This document shows positions 39,092 to 54,500 of a stretch of 64,000 nt of DNA, in pieces. Made by a program: the position numbers and the translations under genes. The stretch is taken from contig JBITNC010000001.1 of NCBI GenBank assembly GCA_050084985.1, positions 93,434,001 to 93,498,000 on the forward strand. The letters run 5' to 3'. Numbering within the stretch: the stretch's first letter is position 1; each line of letters begins with the position of its first letter. Below the pieces are notes generated by a model. The model was not told the origin of the DNA, made no database searches, and worked only from the letters and a program-made list of their open reading frames with translations. Origin of the DNA: Nageia nagi (lineage: Eukaryota > Plantae > Pinophyta).

Positions 39092-42000
39092 TGAAACATC
39101 CGTCTAAATTTACCTAAAAAAGTCAATACAATTTTTTTTTGTACACATACATAATCACACTTAAATTCTTTTATGTAAATAGCTATGAAATTTTCATATA
39201 TTTAAGTTTAGATTAGTCACTGCAGATGACCCTCAAGTGATGAGGTTTATCAAACCCCATAAGTTCCAATTTATATGGTAGCTATTTCTTCAAACATCTC
39301 CCATGTTCATTTAATTAGCACTTATAGTTCTATCATCTCCCATGTTAGAACTACCCTATACCATTCATGACCTTTAGTTTCTTCTTAGGTCTAATACTTC
39401 TAATAAGGGACACTTAGTTCCCAATCATCATTCATCTAATTTACTAAGAATCTAAGGATTCATTTATTTTAGTTTGTACTTATGGTGAAATATCATTCAC
39501 TTGATGCAGATCCCACTATAGAATTTTCCAAATCCCATCCTTCAAAACTGCAAAATGTAGCTTGATCATTTCAAGTACAGTTTATCCTATATTTGATTTT
39601 TTTTGGTTTTACTATTTAGTACTTAAATAGTTACTTGAAGGATTCAATAGTCTTATTTGCTTTTATGTCTTTCGAGAATCCACTATCTTATGAATTAACA
39701 AATTAAATTCTAGATAACTTATCTAAGGTTTAAATGATAAACACTTATTCAATTCAATTCCAAATAAAAATTAATCCATTCCCATATGTGGATGAAAGAA
39801 ACTAAATTTAAGTACTATTCAATTTCCAAATCTTTAAACCATTCACAAATGCAAATTCGAACTCATAATCACTTAATCTAAATTTAAAATAAAATAACCT
39901 CTCAAACCATTTGTCATAATCAAATTTACATCATACATTACATCTTCCTCATTAAATGAGTTTATAAATCACTTTTTTTACAATACATGAAATATTTTGT
40001 TGCATCCATTGTTGAACTTGATTAATCTCTTCAAGTGGAAAGTGAGTCTCTATCTTGGATGTAAACTTTAAATGGATTAGATCACCACTTTTTTGAGTTC
40101 TAAATGCATCTTATTGATATATCAACTTAAATGCAAAATAAGTAACTTAAATAAAATTCATGTTAAGAACTTCCCTTATCAACTTTAATATGAATGCACA
40201 ACCTTCTTGATGTTAAAAAATGCAAGTCTTTCATCATGACCTTATAGTTTCCATTTACATAAATGCAATAACAATGCAAGGTAAACTCCTACTTCTTACC
40301 CATGATCTCAAAATGAATATGTTTTAATTTACAACTACCTTATAAATAAAACAATAATAACATTAAATACAATATTATATTCCAAAAATGAATGTGTTAT
40401 CAACCTAAACTCCCTTATTAATGAAATAATATAAATCATATATATATATAATATTCTATTATTTTATAACAAAATAGAAATTAAATATTTTATAATATAT
40501 ATATTATATATTATAAATTTATATTTATTTTTTATGTTTTAAAACATTTCAATTTTTTAAAAAAATTTGGTGGGGAAGGTACACGTGCATCCCTACTAAC
40601 ATAATATATGTGTGGAAGGGGCTCATGTGCATGCACTTATGCCACCACCCCTCACCCTTGGTAATAAGATATGGGAGAGGGGGGTGACTAGTGTGCCACG
40701 CATTGCCCAACCTCCCCTCTTTCCAACATAGAATCGAGGGAGAGGCAATTTAGGTCATCCATTGGCCTATGCAACCCCTCCTCCTCTTGGCTTTTATACA
40801 AGCTCTATAAGCCATTAAATGCATATTATGTAGACATTCAAAATATAGATATGATTTATAAATACATATTATGACTCAAAATCAAAATATGGGTTTAACA
40901 AACAAACACAAAATTACAAATTTGAATTTTAAAAAAACACAGAACCATTTATTTCTTGGAAATTTAATGGATTCCACTTGTATTTTCTCCTACTTTGTCT
41001 CATCTTGAAATAGAAGTTTAGAGGAAAATACTATTTTATGAGCTACTTTTAAACATTTTGTTGGATTCTCATCGAAGAGAAAAAATACCTAGAACACCCC
41101 ATTTTTATTCAAACTCATGAATTAAATTTGAATGCACTTCTAGAAATTATTAGAAACCAAAATGTAGTTTTAAACTAAATGCTCATCCTTAGGTTAAAAA
41201 CTAGATTATTTTCTAGAAAGACAAATAGCAAACATGGATTTAAAATACAACTTTTATAAATAACACCTAGAATGCAAATTGATGCTTGTTTAATATTCTA
41301 AATTTCTATCTCACATATATCCATAAAATCAACATGCATTCTAATGTAAAAAGGGTAAACCATTTTTGAAAAAAATGCAAATACCTAGAACCATTTCTAT
41401 TTTCAAATTCTTTCAACAATCAAATTTCCTTTTAAAAGTAAAATCAAACTAGCATGCATAGAGAGCACCTAAAATTTGCAAGCAATTTCCTTTTATAGTT
41501 GTCTTACCTAACAATGCAAGCTCAATCCAAATCCATCAAGTATGCAAGCCCCAAAAGAATCCCAAAAATCCACACTAAGTAGCATTAAAAAGAAATTATT
41601 TTGCAGTTTTAGAAAATTGCCAAGGTTATAGTTCCAAAAACCACTTATAAAACATATTATGACTCAAAATCAAATATGAGTTTAACAAATAAACACAAAA
41701 TTAAAAATCTAAATTTTACAAAAAATATAGAACCATTTATTTCCTAGAAACTTAATAGATTCCACTTGTATTTTCTCCTATTTGTCTCATCTTGAAATAG
41801 AAATTTAGAGGGAAATACTATAAAATCTGTACATGAGCTACTTTTAAACATTCCATTGCATTCTCATCAAAGAGCAAAAATACCTAGAAAACCCCATTTC
41901 TATTCAAACTCATGAATTAAATTTGAATGCAATTCTGAAATGATTAGAACCCAAAATGTAGTTTAAAACTAAATACTCATCCTTGGGTTACACCTAGATT

Positions 42001-43096
42001 ATTTTTCTAGAAAGATAAATCCATAAATATGCATTTAAAATACAACTTTTTTAAAACAAAACCTAGAATGAAAATTGATGCTTATTTAATATTCCAGATT
42101 TCTATCTAAAGATATCCATAAAACCAACATGTATTCTAATTTAAAAAAATAAACCATTTTTGAAAAAAATACAAATACCTAGAACCATTTTTGTTTTCAA
42201 ATTCTTGCAAAAATCATATTTCTTTTCAGAAAGTCAAATAAAAACTAGCATGCGTAGACATCACTTGAAATTTGTAAGCAATTTTATTTTGTAGTTGTCT
42301 CACCCAATAATGCAATCTCAATCCAAATCCATCAAGTATGTAACCCCAAGAGTATCCCACAAATCCAACCAAGTAGCATTAAAAAAGAATTATTTTGCAT
42401 TTGCTAAAAACTACAAGGGTTATAGTTCCAAAACTCACAAGACTATAAAACTAGAACAACTAGTTTACTCTATCATTAGTATTTTGTCTAAAAAATAAAT
42501 TTAAATACATAAAATACACCATATGTTTTAGATATCTAGTTTATCTTTTAAAAACCATAAAATATCTAAAATATTAATACTAAATATTCTATATATGTAA
42601 ACCATTAAATATTTAGATTTAAATGCATGTAAATTACCAAACAATTTAATATGTATTTTTCTTTTGCATTAACTATTTAATTTTATTTTGTAGACCAAAG
42701 TAAATAGCCAAGCAAAGGTAATAATTTTTCTCAAATACACATAGCCATGCAACATAAAGGAAAAATAGAGCTCTTTTTCCAATAAGACAACCTCTTTGCT
42801 CTCAATCATACAACACAATAAAATGCCTAGATGCATTCATACTTTCCTTGTGGGTTGAGGTATCATCGTCACGTCTAATTTACATCCAATCAAGGGACCC
42901 ACTCATTTGGGAACTTGTTCATGTAAACATATCAATTCCAATTAGTATCAAATTCATAATAATTTATGAAATAATCATTCATAATAATGCAAGAACACAT
43001 AAACAAATGATCTCATAAACATATTTCAAACATAAACATGCTTATCACAATATTGTTCCAAAAGCATAAAATAGTCTTAAGGGGAGGGTTACCACA
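39092..43096 (-). repeat. 3' LTR (4005 bp)
   Basis: TGAAACATCC...GGTTACCACA is colinear with 48016-50839 plus ~56827-57447. Confidence 0.95.
40856..42434. repeat. ~790-bp tandem duplication within the 3' LTR
   Basis: The unit catattatgactcaaaatcaaa...gttatagttccaaaa starts at ~40856 and ~41645. Confidence 0.92.
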
Positions 43097-43179
43097 TCCT
43101 TTCCCTCTTAAAAATAATAGAGTCCTTTGTGTTCACATTATTCATAAAACAAATGCATTAAAACAAATAAGGAAATTAT

Positions 43180-46100
43180 TCTTTCATAACATCAACATTC
43201 TCCCAAGTAGTGAAAAATTCAAAGTATTGATCCCACTAGATCCTACACTCTCTTATTTACCTATTCCTCAACTTCCTAGTTCTAAAACAAGGAAATATTA
43301 TAGGAAGTACTTCAATGATTTCCATATCTACCATCTACAAATTAGTTAAATCTAAAATATGTGAGGAATCAATAATATATTTTCTAAGCAGAGATATATG
43401 AAAGACATCATGAATCTTTGACAGAGTAGGTGGTAAGGCTAAGTTTATAGAAAAATAGACTTATTTTTCCTATAATTTCCAAAGGCCCTACAAATTATGA
43501 ATCCAATTTAGTAAACTTTATGGCACTTTTCATAGGATGATCTTGTAAAAATACTTTATCTCCCATAAATAATTCTCATGGAGTTCTTTTCAAATCATCA
43601 TAACTCTTTTGATGATTGGATGCTTCCTTAAGCCTTTTCTAAATCATTTTGAGTTGCTCCTCCATTTCCTTTAGATGATTTGGTCCAATCAATACCCAAT
43701 CTTCCATATTATCCCATAATAAATGATTCCTACACTTCCTTCCATATAACACCTCGAATGGTGCCATCTCCAAGGAAAAGTGATAAGAATTATTATAAGT
43801 GAACTCAATCAAGTACAAGCAATCTTTTCATTTAGTTTTTTTGGTCCATATAGTACATATTTAATATGTATTCAAGGATCTTATTAACCCATTTAGTTTA
43901 ACTATATATTTTTAAATGATATGTTGAACTCATATTTAGTTTAGTACCTACAACTTGATGCAAGGTTCTCCAAAATTGAGAAGTGAACTTGAGATCCCTT
44001 TTTGAAACTATCACTTCAGGAAACCCATATAACTAAATAATATCCTTAATAAACTTATGTGCAATAGTTGGAGCATTATCTATTTTATTTCCTAGAATAA
44101 AATGACCACTTTAGTGATATAGTCAACTATGTAAAAGATGGCATCATGATGAAATCTTGTTTTAAGCAAACCAACAATGAAATCCATCGATATCTTTTGA
44201 ATGATATGTTGAACTCATATTTAGTTTGGTACCTACAACTTGATGCAAGGTTCTCTAAAATTGAGAAGTGAAATTGGGATCCCTATTTGAAACTACCACT
44301 TTAGAAAACCCATATAACTAAATAATCACATTAATTATGTGCAATAGTTGGAGCATCATCTATTACATTTTCTAGAATAAAATGAGCCACTTTAGTGAGA
44401 TAGTCAACTATGAAAAAGATGGCATCATGATGAAATCTTGTTTTAGGCAAACCAACAATGAAATTCATTGATATATTTTTCCATATATGGGAATATCATG
44501 TGGATATGATAAGGCAATCAAATATTGATCTAATTTGATTTAACTTTCTAACATTCCAAGCATTTAGTTACAAAATCATTAACATCCTTCTTCATTCCAC
44601 ACCAGTAAAAAGTCTTTTGAATATTTTTTCATATTTTGTACCACCAATATGAGTAGAAAAAGGAGATCGATGTGCTTCATGCATGATTGTTTTTCTAACA
44701 CCACTAGTCTTTAGAATAAAAATAATATATTTAAAGCATAAAATCCATCCTTAATCCCAAAATATTTAATTGAAGGGTCATATTTTTCTAATTTATCACC
44801 AATCTTAAGATAATAAGAATCATGGTTTTGGAATTCCTTAACTTGATCTAACAAATTAAAGTGATTTTTTGTCATAGCCATAAGGTGTTTATGTCTACTT
44901 AAAGCATTCATAACCTTATTTTTGTGATCTTTAATATACTTTATTGCAAATTCATATTCAACCAAGAACTCCATCCATGTTCTTTGGTGTGCATTAAAAT
45001 CATTTTGAGAAAAAATATACCTTAAGCTTTGGTGATATGATTTTAACTCAAAAGTTCACCCTAATAGATAATGCCTCTAGACCTTTAGTGCATGAACAAT
45101 GGTTTCCAATTCAAGGTTATGCATAGCATAATTAATTTCATGAGTTTTTAATTTGTGAAATTCATATGTTACATGTCTATCACTTTGAGATAATACACCT
45201 TCTCAACCAAGTATAGAAGCATCAATACATATATTAAAATCTCCAAAAGGACATGGTATAGCAAGAATTGGAGCAATTATGAGTTTCTCTTTTAGGATTT
45301 CAAAGGTTTTTTTACATTTTATTGTCCACTAAAGGCTTGATTCTTCTTTTGAATACTTTTAATAACATTTTCTATACTAGAAAAATCCTTTACAAAGTGT
45401 AGGTAATATCTTGCAAGTCCCATAAAACTTCTTATTTTAGTCACATCGATAGGGTAAGGCCAACTCATGATAGTCTCAATATTTTTAGGATCAACTAACA
45501 CATCTTCATTCGAAATTATATATCCCAAGTACTGAACTTGTGAGACATAAAATTCACATTTGTAAAGTTTTCAAAAAATATGATGTTTTCTTAATACTTC
45601 TAAAGCCAACTTCAAATGATAATCATGTTCTTTCTTATTTCTTGAATAAATAAAAATACCATATAAAAATAATAACACAAATTTATCTAATTATTCTCAA
45701 AATATGTTATTCATGAGATTCATGAAAGTAACAAGTGCATTGGTCATTCCAAAAGGAAGTACAAGAAACTCATAGTGACCATACTTGGTTTTAAAAGTTG
45801 TTTTGTGCATGTCAGAACTTTTGATTCTTAATTGATGATATTCATACCTTAGATCAATATTTGAAAATATGGCAATATCTTTAAGTTGATAAAATAAATC
45901 ATTGATTCTTGGAAGAGGGTGTCTGTTCTTAATCATGACTTTGTTTAACATTCAATAATTGATACATAAGCATATGAATCCATACTTCTTTTTTAAAAAT
46001 ATGATTGGAGCACCCCAATGGGACATATTGGGCTTGATTAGACCTTTCTCCATCAAATATTGAAGTTGCAATTTTAGTTCTTGCATCTCGATTATTGTCA

Positions 46101-47915
46101 TTCTATAGGGAGTTTTTGAAATTGGGTCTACACCAAGAATTATATAGATAAAGAAATTAAATTCTTATTTTGGAGGTAATCCTAGAAATTCTTCAGAAAA
46201 AATATCCCAAAATTCTTGCAAAAGGGAATATTGTTGAAATATTTTCTCGTTTGAATTAGCTTTTTCCAGTTCCTTAAGATTTACTACATAAATTAACTCA
46301 CCCTTTTGAATAGTTCTTTTTAATTGCATAACAGTAAGGAGATAAGGTTTGAAACTACATTTATCACAATGGATTCTTTTCCTTTTCAAGTTGATATTAG
46401 TGAATTCAATCCATCATTTATGAAACTCAATAAAAAATTTATGATCACTAAGCTAATCCACTCCTAGAATAATATCAAATGAATGTAAAGGTGCTATGTA
46501 TAGATCCCATTCTACTTCTCATTTAGTATAGATCTCATTCTACTTCTCATTCAAGTAATTTAATTTCAATGTTTCTTAAACATTGATTGACTAAGCAGGC
46601 TTGTCTAGAGCCATACTCAATTGACCACTCTTTTGTTAAAAATTCTGGTGCTTTCAAAACATCTCTTATAATTAAGAAGAAATAAAACTCTTTATTGCAC
46701 CACAACCAATAAGAATTTTAAACTTTTTATCAAATATTATACTTAAAATCTACATAGGTATTGCTTTACTATTCAAATTAGCCTTTTTGGTTGCTACAAA
46801 GATCCTATATTCAGACAAACTCTTCTTAAATAGTTAAGTCCATTGCAAAACCAACAGACTCCCTTCTTCGATCCTTGATTCTTATTTTGATAATTATCTT
46901 TTGGAGCATCATTCCTCTTCTTTGGAATTTTTATTTTATCTTTGACCATGATTTCCATTTTTTTATAGGATTCTTCTTATTATTTCAACTATTGCCATTG
47001 TTTTTCTTGTAAGGTTGATTTTGATGTTGTTGAAAGTTGTTTTCTTTGAACCTTTTATTATTTTATTGTTGATGATCTTTTTCCCATTTGAGAAACCCTT
47101 GATTATTCATATTTTTCATCTCTTGCTTTTCATCCTTGTTCAAAATGCTATAATTCATAAAGGATATTTTATCTCCCAAGTTATTTTCTTCCTATCAAAC
47201 TAGGTCATATTCTTTTTCTAGTGTTTTTGGCTCATGCAAATTTATAAATTTTTATGAACCTTCAAGTCATTTTTATCCTCAAAAACATATTTCAACATTT
47301 TTACAAATTTTTGGTCATATTATTCCACCAAAAACTTTCCTTATTGAAGGGTATCAAATTCATCATACTTTTTAGAATAAAATTATTCTATTATATATTG
47401 CTTCTTAAAAGAAACAATGAAATCTTCCCACTTAAGTTTCACTTTTGGATCTTTTGTTGAGCTTTGTAGGACTTCCACCATTGCAAGGTGGGTCCAAAAA
47501 TGTTTAGCATAGCCTAAGCAGTCTATGCTTCAGAAAAAATATTCTTCATGAAGAAGCATGTCTCCATTTCTTACAACTAATCATTAGCAACTTCACCTCC
47601 ATATTTTCAATTAAATCTTAGAATTGGAAGCTTCTTGAAATCTTTCACAAGTTCCTAATCTACCCTAAACCTAATAGGATCAACATTATTGTTACCAACT
47701 CTTTCCTTATTATCATCAACATTATTTTGATTATTAGGATTTTGCATTGTATTAATTAATATTTCCTATATTTCTTGTTTCTCTACCAATTTCTCTTGCA
47801 AGCTTAAAATGGTAGCAATTTCAATTCAAGTTTTAGATGTTTCTTCATTCCTATTAACTTGAGAAATAGTTCCCTAGGAATGTGCTTGGTTGGCATTCCT
47901 TATATTAGTTGCCAT
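43180..47915 (-). pseudogene. Tekay gag-pol pseudogene with chromodomain
   Basis: RT: [19 protein letters not shown]...[22 protein letters not shown] and IRSFMGLARYY. RNase H end: EFLVEYEFAIKYIKDHKNKVMNALSR. Integrase: ISMDFIVGL. Chromodomain-like TRKLRNR...TTWE at ~43200-43290. Confidence 0.93.
43916..44480. repeat. ~284-bp tandem duplication inside the integrase core
   Basis: aatgatatgttgaactcatatttagttt...aaaccaacaatgaaat occurs at 43916 and 44200. Confidence 0.93.
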
Positions 47916-49645
47916 GTCTACTAAAAAAGGATACAAAATATTTAAGTTAGGTTTATGAAAAAGTTTTATTTTTAGCAAGCATTTTTCCCTATGATACTAA
48001 TCCTCTGATACCAAAAGAAACATCCATTTAATTCTACCTAAAAAATTTAGTACAATTATTTTTGTACACATCCATAATCACACTTAAATTATTTTATGTA
48101 AAAAGCTTATTGCATTTTCACATTTGAGTTTAGATTAATCATTGCAGATGACCTTCAAATGGATGAGGTTGATCAAACCCCATAAGTTCTAAGTTATATG
48201 GTAGCTATTTCTTTGAACATCTCCCATGTTCATTTAATTAGCACTTGTAGTTCTATCATATCCTATGTTAGAACTACCTTATACCATTCATGACCTTTGG
48301 GTTCTTCTTAGGGCCATACTCCTAAGAAGGGATACATATTTTTCAATCATCATTCATGCTAACCCATGAGGTGATCCTAAGTGTAAGACAAGTGAATCAA
48401 TGTCATATCACCTCCTATGGTTTGAATTCAATTTTAATCTCACTACCTTGAGACTAACTAAAGTACCTTTACCTACCCATAACACTCGTAAAAGACCATC
48501 ATTAAGCCATGTAGTAATTACCTACCCATAATTCTCATAATTACTACCTTTCCTAGAAATAACCTTCTCGTTATTTCTTAGCTAAGTGTTTATGGACTTA
48601 TGGTAGAATTAGACTCTCTTCTTTTTCTAATTTTTACCAAGCATATAAGGATTCATCTATTTTAGTTTGTACTTATGGTGAAATGTCATTCACTTGATGT
48701 AGATCCCACAATAGGATTTTCCAAAACCTATAATCTGAAAGTGCGAAATGGAGTTCGATCTTTTCAAATATGAGTTTATCCTATGTTTGAGTTTTTGTGA
48801 TTTTACTATTTAGTACTTAAATAGCTACTTGAAGGATTCAATCATCTTATTTTCTTTTATCTCTTTCACAAATCCATTATCTTATGAATTAAAAAATTAA
48901 ATTTTAGATAACTTATCTAAGGTTTAAATGATAAACAATTATTCAATTCATTCCAAATAAAAAATGAATATATTCCCATATGTGGATGAAAAAATATTAA
49001 ATTTAAGAATTATTCCATTTTCAAATCTTTAAACCATTCACAAATGCAAATTCAAACTCATAATCACTTAATCCAAATTTAAAATAAAATAACCTCTCAA
49101 ACCATTTATCATAATCAAATTTACATCATACATTACATCTTCCTCATTTCAAATGAGTTTACAAAATCATCAAAATCACTTTCTTTACAATACATGAAAT
49201 ATAGATTTGTTGCATCCTTGTTGAACTTGATCATTCTCTTCAAGAGGAAAGTGAGTCTCTATCTTGGATGTAAACTTTAAATGGATAAGTTCAGTACTTA
49301 TTTTGAGTTTTAAATGAATCTTATTGACATATCAACTAAAATGCAAAATAAGTAACAAAAGACAAATTCATACTAAGAAATTCCCTTCTTAGCTTTAATA
49401 TAAATGGACATCCTTCTTGATGTTCAAAAATGCAATTCTTTCATCATGAACTTATAGTTTTCATTTACATAAATGCAATAACAATGCAAAGTAAATTCCT
49501 ATTTCTTACCCATGATCTCAAAATCCATATGTTTCAGTTTATAACTACACTATAAAAAAAAGAATAACAACACTAAATACAATATTATATTCCAAAAAAG
49601 CATGTGTTATCAACTTATAACTCACTTATAAATGAATCAATAAAT

Positions 49646-49651
<6 letters not shown>

Positions 49652-49713
<62 letters not shown>
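49652..49713. repeat. (TA)n microsatellite in the 5' LTR
   Basis: Directly visible. The matching tract in the other LTR (~40437-40450) is much shorter. Confidence 0.97.
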
Positions 49714-49718
<5 letters not shown>

Positions 49719-51599
49719 TTATTTTTAACAAAACAAAAATTAAATATTTTATAATATATAATATAATATATTAATATAAATTTATTTTATTTTATGTTTA
49801 ATTTTTTTTTTAAATATTTAATATATTTTTTTAAGTTTGGTGGGAAAGGGACGATGCACGCCACGTTCCTAATCATCTCCCCACTAATACAATAAATGTG
49901 GGAGGGGATGGCGTGCACGCTTTGCACCGACACCCCTCACCACTTGCTAATAAGAGATATATAAAAAAATTATATACATATATAAAATTATATATATTGA
50001 TTTATATACATATATGTATATAATTTTGTATATATATATATAACAATAAATATATAAAAAATTATATACATATAAAGAGATGGTTTATAAATGTCTCAAA
50101 ATCAAAATTGAATTCAACAAACAAACACAGAATTACAAATTTGAATTTTACAAAAAAATATAGAATCATTTATTTCTTGAAAACTTAATGAATTTCATTT
50201 GTATTTTTTCCTATTTGTCTCAACTTGAAATAGAAATTTAAAGGGTAATACTGTAAAACTCTACATGAGCTACTTTTAAATATTATGTTGGGTTCTCATC
50301 CAAGAGCAAAAATACCCATAAAGCCCTATTTCTATTCAAACTCCTGAATTAAATTTGAACGTAGTTCTAGAAATAATTAGAACACAAAATTTAGTTTTAA
50401 ACTAAATGCTCACATTTGGGTTACACCCAAATTATTTTTCTAGAAAGACAAATAGCAAACATGCATTTAAAATACAACTTTTATAAATAAAACCTAGAAT
50501 GCAAATTGATACTTGTTTAATATTCCAGATTTTTGTCTTAAAGATATCCATAAAACTAACATGCATTCTAATTTAAAAAGGTTAAACCATTTTTGAGAAA
50601 AATACAAATACCCAAAACCATTTCTATTCTCAAATTTTTGCAACAAGCAAATTTCTTTTCACAAAGTAAAATAAAAACTAGCATGCATAGAGAGCACCTA
50701 AAATTTGCAAGCAATTTCCTTTTGTAGTTGTATCACCCAACAATGCAAGCTTTCCAAATCCAACAAGTATACAAGTCTCAAAAGTATCCCAAAAATTCAC
50801 AACAAGTAACATTAAAAATGAATTATTGTACAGTTACAATTTTTTTTTGGATGAAAAGACTTTATATTAAATAAAATACTTTATCATACAAAGGGTCAGG
50901 TGGGATTGAGCACACCCTCATCATCACACTAGCTTGAAAAAAATAAAAAATAAAAGCTAGGAAGCAGAAACAAAATCACACATGTCATAAATATTCATCA
51001 AACGATAAAATCCTCTAAGTCTGTTAAAAAAAAGTCTATACCCAAACTAAAGTAAAAACAAAAACATAAACATAAAAAGACACTAATTAGGGTCCTCGAG
51101 AGGATGAAAATTATCAAGGTGGTTTTCATAACACCAATTGTGCAAAACATCATCTGGACTAGGAACAAGGCTCCACCCATCCCCCTGGTCAACATCTTTG
51201 TCAAAACCATGTGCTAGAAGAGACCAGCCATCTTTATCAACCAATCCCTCTGGAATAAAAAGTTCAGAAAGATCATGAGGGGAAGATCCTTTAGAAAAGG
51301 CATTTGAAACATTACCCCAATCAATAGTAGGTAGGGGGATTGAAGTTTGAATATCCCATCTAAATCTACCCCAAGATGAGGATGGTACATTAGGAGATCA
51401 CCTTGCAGGGTTTTGTGGGGGCTATGACCAATGGCAAGTAGAGGGAGATGTCAGACATTTCCTATTATAAGTAAGTCAATCCACTAGGGGCCCATGTCTA
51501 TGTGAATGAGAAGCAGCCTGAATCCGATTGAGCATCGAAAGAACTCTACTAGTAAAGCAAAGAGCATTGCACCAGTGATCCAACAAATTTTGTAAGTGA

Positions 51600-54500
51600 T
51601 GAACCTCAATATGAACATTTTCTACTTGATTAAAGATTTATAGTGAACAATCATAAAATACTATGTATTTTTCAGAAAGAGAATATAGCTTCTTGTCTTC
51701 CAAAAATAATGTTATTTTGAGTCTTTGAGAGGTGAAATAGCAAACTAAGACAAAAATATATGCCAAACTTAGACAAAAATATATGCCAAACTTCTTGTAA
51801 AGGTTTTGAGAAATGAAGAGGATCCCCTAACAGAGCATGAACCCAATTGCAAGGAGTAGACATAAAAGGGTCAAAAAAAGAGAGAATCCATATCTAAGCA
51901 TATTGAGCTTTGTCACATAATCAAAAAACATGCAAGAAATCTTTTGGCCGATTGTAGAATGCACATAAAGGGTTAGAAACACCTAGATACTGTCTTCAAA
52001 TACCAATAGGAATACCTTGGTGTAACAAAATCCAACCAAGAAAAATCTACTTAAGCTCCAAGAAGGAAGACCAAACAACCTTAAATTTTAATGTTTAATG
52101 AGACTAAATAGAGAATAAGTCCCATCGGATGTTAAAAGTATAATCCATAGGAACATGAGGGAAAAGCAGAAAGTATCCCATATGAGACTTATACTTTTTC
52201 ATTTGAATTTGTTTGGGCCAAACTTAGTCTAACCACTAGGGCTTTTGAAACATCTTCCCAAGTTTAGTCTAAATAGACAAAAGAGTTCTATCAATAAGAA
52301 ATTCAAAAGTATACTTATCATTTGCCTTGATATTATACAACTCTCAAAACATATCCTAGGAGAACCAAGATCTGGTTTGAGGATCATACAGGTCTAAGAA
52401 GGAGTCAATGCTTTTGCGATGAAATTTGAGAGCTCTAATCCATTGAATTTGAGCAAGGAGTAATCCATTATCAACAATTATAAGGAACCACAATAGATTT
52501 AAAGAAGAGCAAGAGGCACCTATCTTTTTATCACCAACCATGGCTTTAATGCCCCTCAAGCTTTCCCAATGCTTTTAACAACAAAAGAACCTAAAATTTT
52601 AAGTTGCATAGGGGAAGTAAGGATTGTATGAAAATTCATTCCTTTCAAAACCCTTTTGCCAAGAGGAGTACTTGTATATATGCAATGTTTGACTAGGATT
52701 TTCCATACCTCATCCCCTCCCAAATCTTGAATAACCCATTTGGCACATAAAGTAATCCCTTATTTTTCATAATTAAACATTCCCATACCTCCATTAGATC
52801 TGGTCACATAGTAAGAATCCCAAGCATCCTAGTGAAAGCCTCTTTTGTGAGCATCTAAAGCCAAAATAAAATCCCTAAGCAATCTATCAAGCCTATTATA
52901 GTAAGACTTAGTAGGAACCTAACATAAGGAGTAACAGACATGGGTGGAAGCTAATATCTTGAAACAAATTATAAATTTCTCTACAAGGGAAAGTTTCTTT
53001 ATGGATTAGTATGCCAGCTTGTTTTTCCACTTTTTGCACTACATCTTTCCATAGCTAAGCAAGGGAAGTTTCAAAAGCAAAGGGGATACCTAGAAATTTA
53101 AATGTTTCACCTAGCTAAATCCATTTCCATGGAAAATTAGTAAGCCATTGAGGAATATCCTTAAGGGATTGTCTATAACAAGAAATCTTATTCCATTGAA
53201 TGCTAGATCTAGAAGCTAAGCAAAAAGTGTCTAAACATTTAAGTGCATTATTAACAAATTGTTCATCTTCTCCACAGTAAGAAAAGAATCATCTATAAAA
53301 TGCTCATTTAAAAGAGATTTATCTAAACAAGGTAAGGAAATACCTTTGATTATTCCTTGGAAGGCTTGAAAAGCTAACAAATAGCTAAAAGCTTCAATAG
53401 CTAAAATAAAAAAAGAAGAGGATAAAGGACACCCTTGTCTTACAAAGCGAGCTAACAGGATGGACTAAGAATGAGCATTATTCATTGTTAAAACTATAGA
53501 AGCATATCTAAACAACATATTGATAGATCTAATAAAATAAGGAACAAAGCCATGAGCTTGCAACATGGCTAAAATGAACCTCCACTCAATACGATCATAG
53601 GCATTTTCAAAGTCAATTTTAATGAAAAGAGTATCTTGTCTTGAAGACTTAGCCCATTGCATACCTTCCTAGATAATAATAACATTATCAAGAATATATC
53701 TTCCTTGCACAAAACTAGTTTTCTTTGGTCGGACAATGAAAGATAATAAGGGACAAAGCTTAAGAGCCAAAGCTTTAGAAATGATTTTATAACTAACATT
53801 TAATAGGGTGATGGGTCTCCAATTTGTAATAATTTTTGAATCACCAAGTTTTGGGGTGAATTTGATATTACCTTTGTTGATTAAAGCTCCCTAAGAACTA
53901 GTATGCATAGATTCTTGGTAAACATGTAAAAGATCAAGGCCAACCATACCCCAAAAAGTTCTATAGAATTCACAAGGAAAGCCTTCAAGACTAAGATTTT
54001 TTTCATTATCCATATCAGATAAAGCAAGTTTTAGATCTTCTAAAGTTAAAGGGGAATCATAAAATTCCCTCTGAGTAGTATTCAACTGCTGTGGTATGAC
54101 ATTGTAGCAATCATTAAGAGCTTGTTGGCTAGCTCTAGTAACAAGTCAAGAAGCAAAAACCTTCTCATAATGTTAAACAAAATCTTAAACTATATCAAGG
54201 AAATTGGTGTTTTTGTTATCATCATGATGTCAAGCTTGAAACTGGGTAGTATGCAGGGGGGCACAATCTTTTGAAGAACTCTTTTAAGACTCTATCTCCC
54301 ACCTTAAGCCATTTCAATCGAGACTTAAAGTAGATATCATTTAGCTACATAAAATTTTATTTTTCTAATTTCATGTCTAAGAGCTGCAACATTAGCTTGA
54401 AGAAGAATGTTAAAGGGATCAACCTCAAGAGAGTAGGAAGCTCTAGTAAATTCAATTTGAATGACAAGGTTGGACTTACACCTACTTTAAGCAAACTCAA

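Noticed and set aside
43038-43349. 103-aa + strand ORF across the Tekay LTR/PPT boundary
   Set aside because: It is antisense to the chromodomain and PPT, with no independent evidence of coding.
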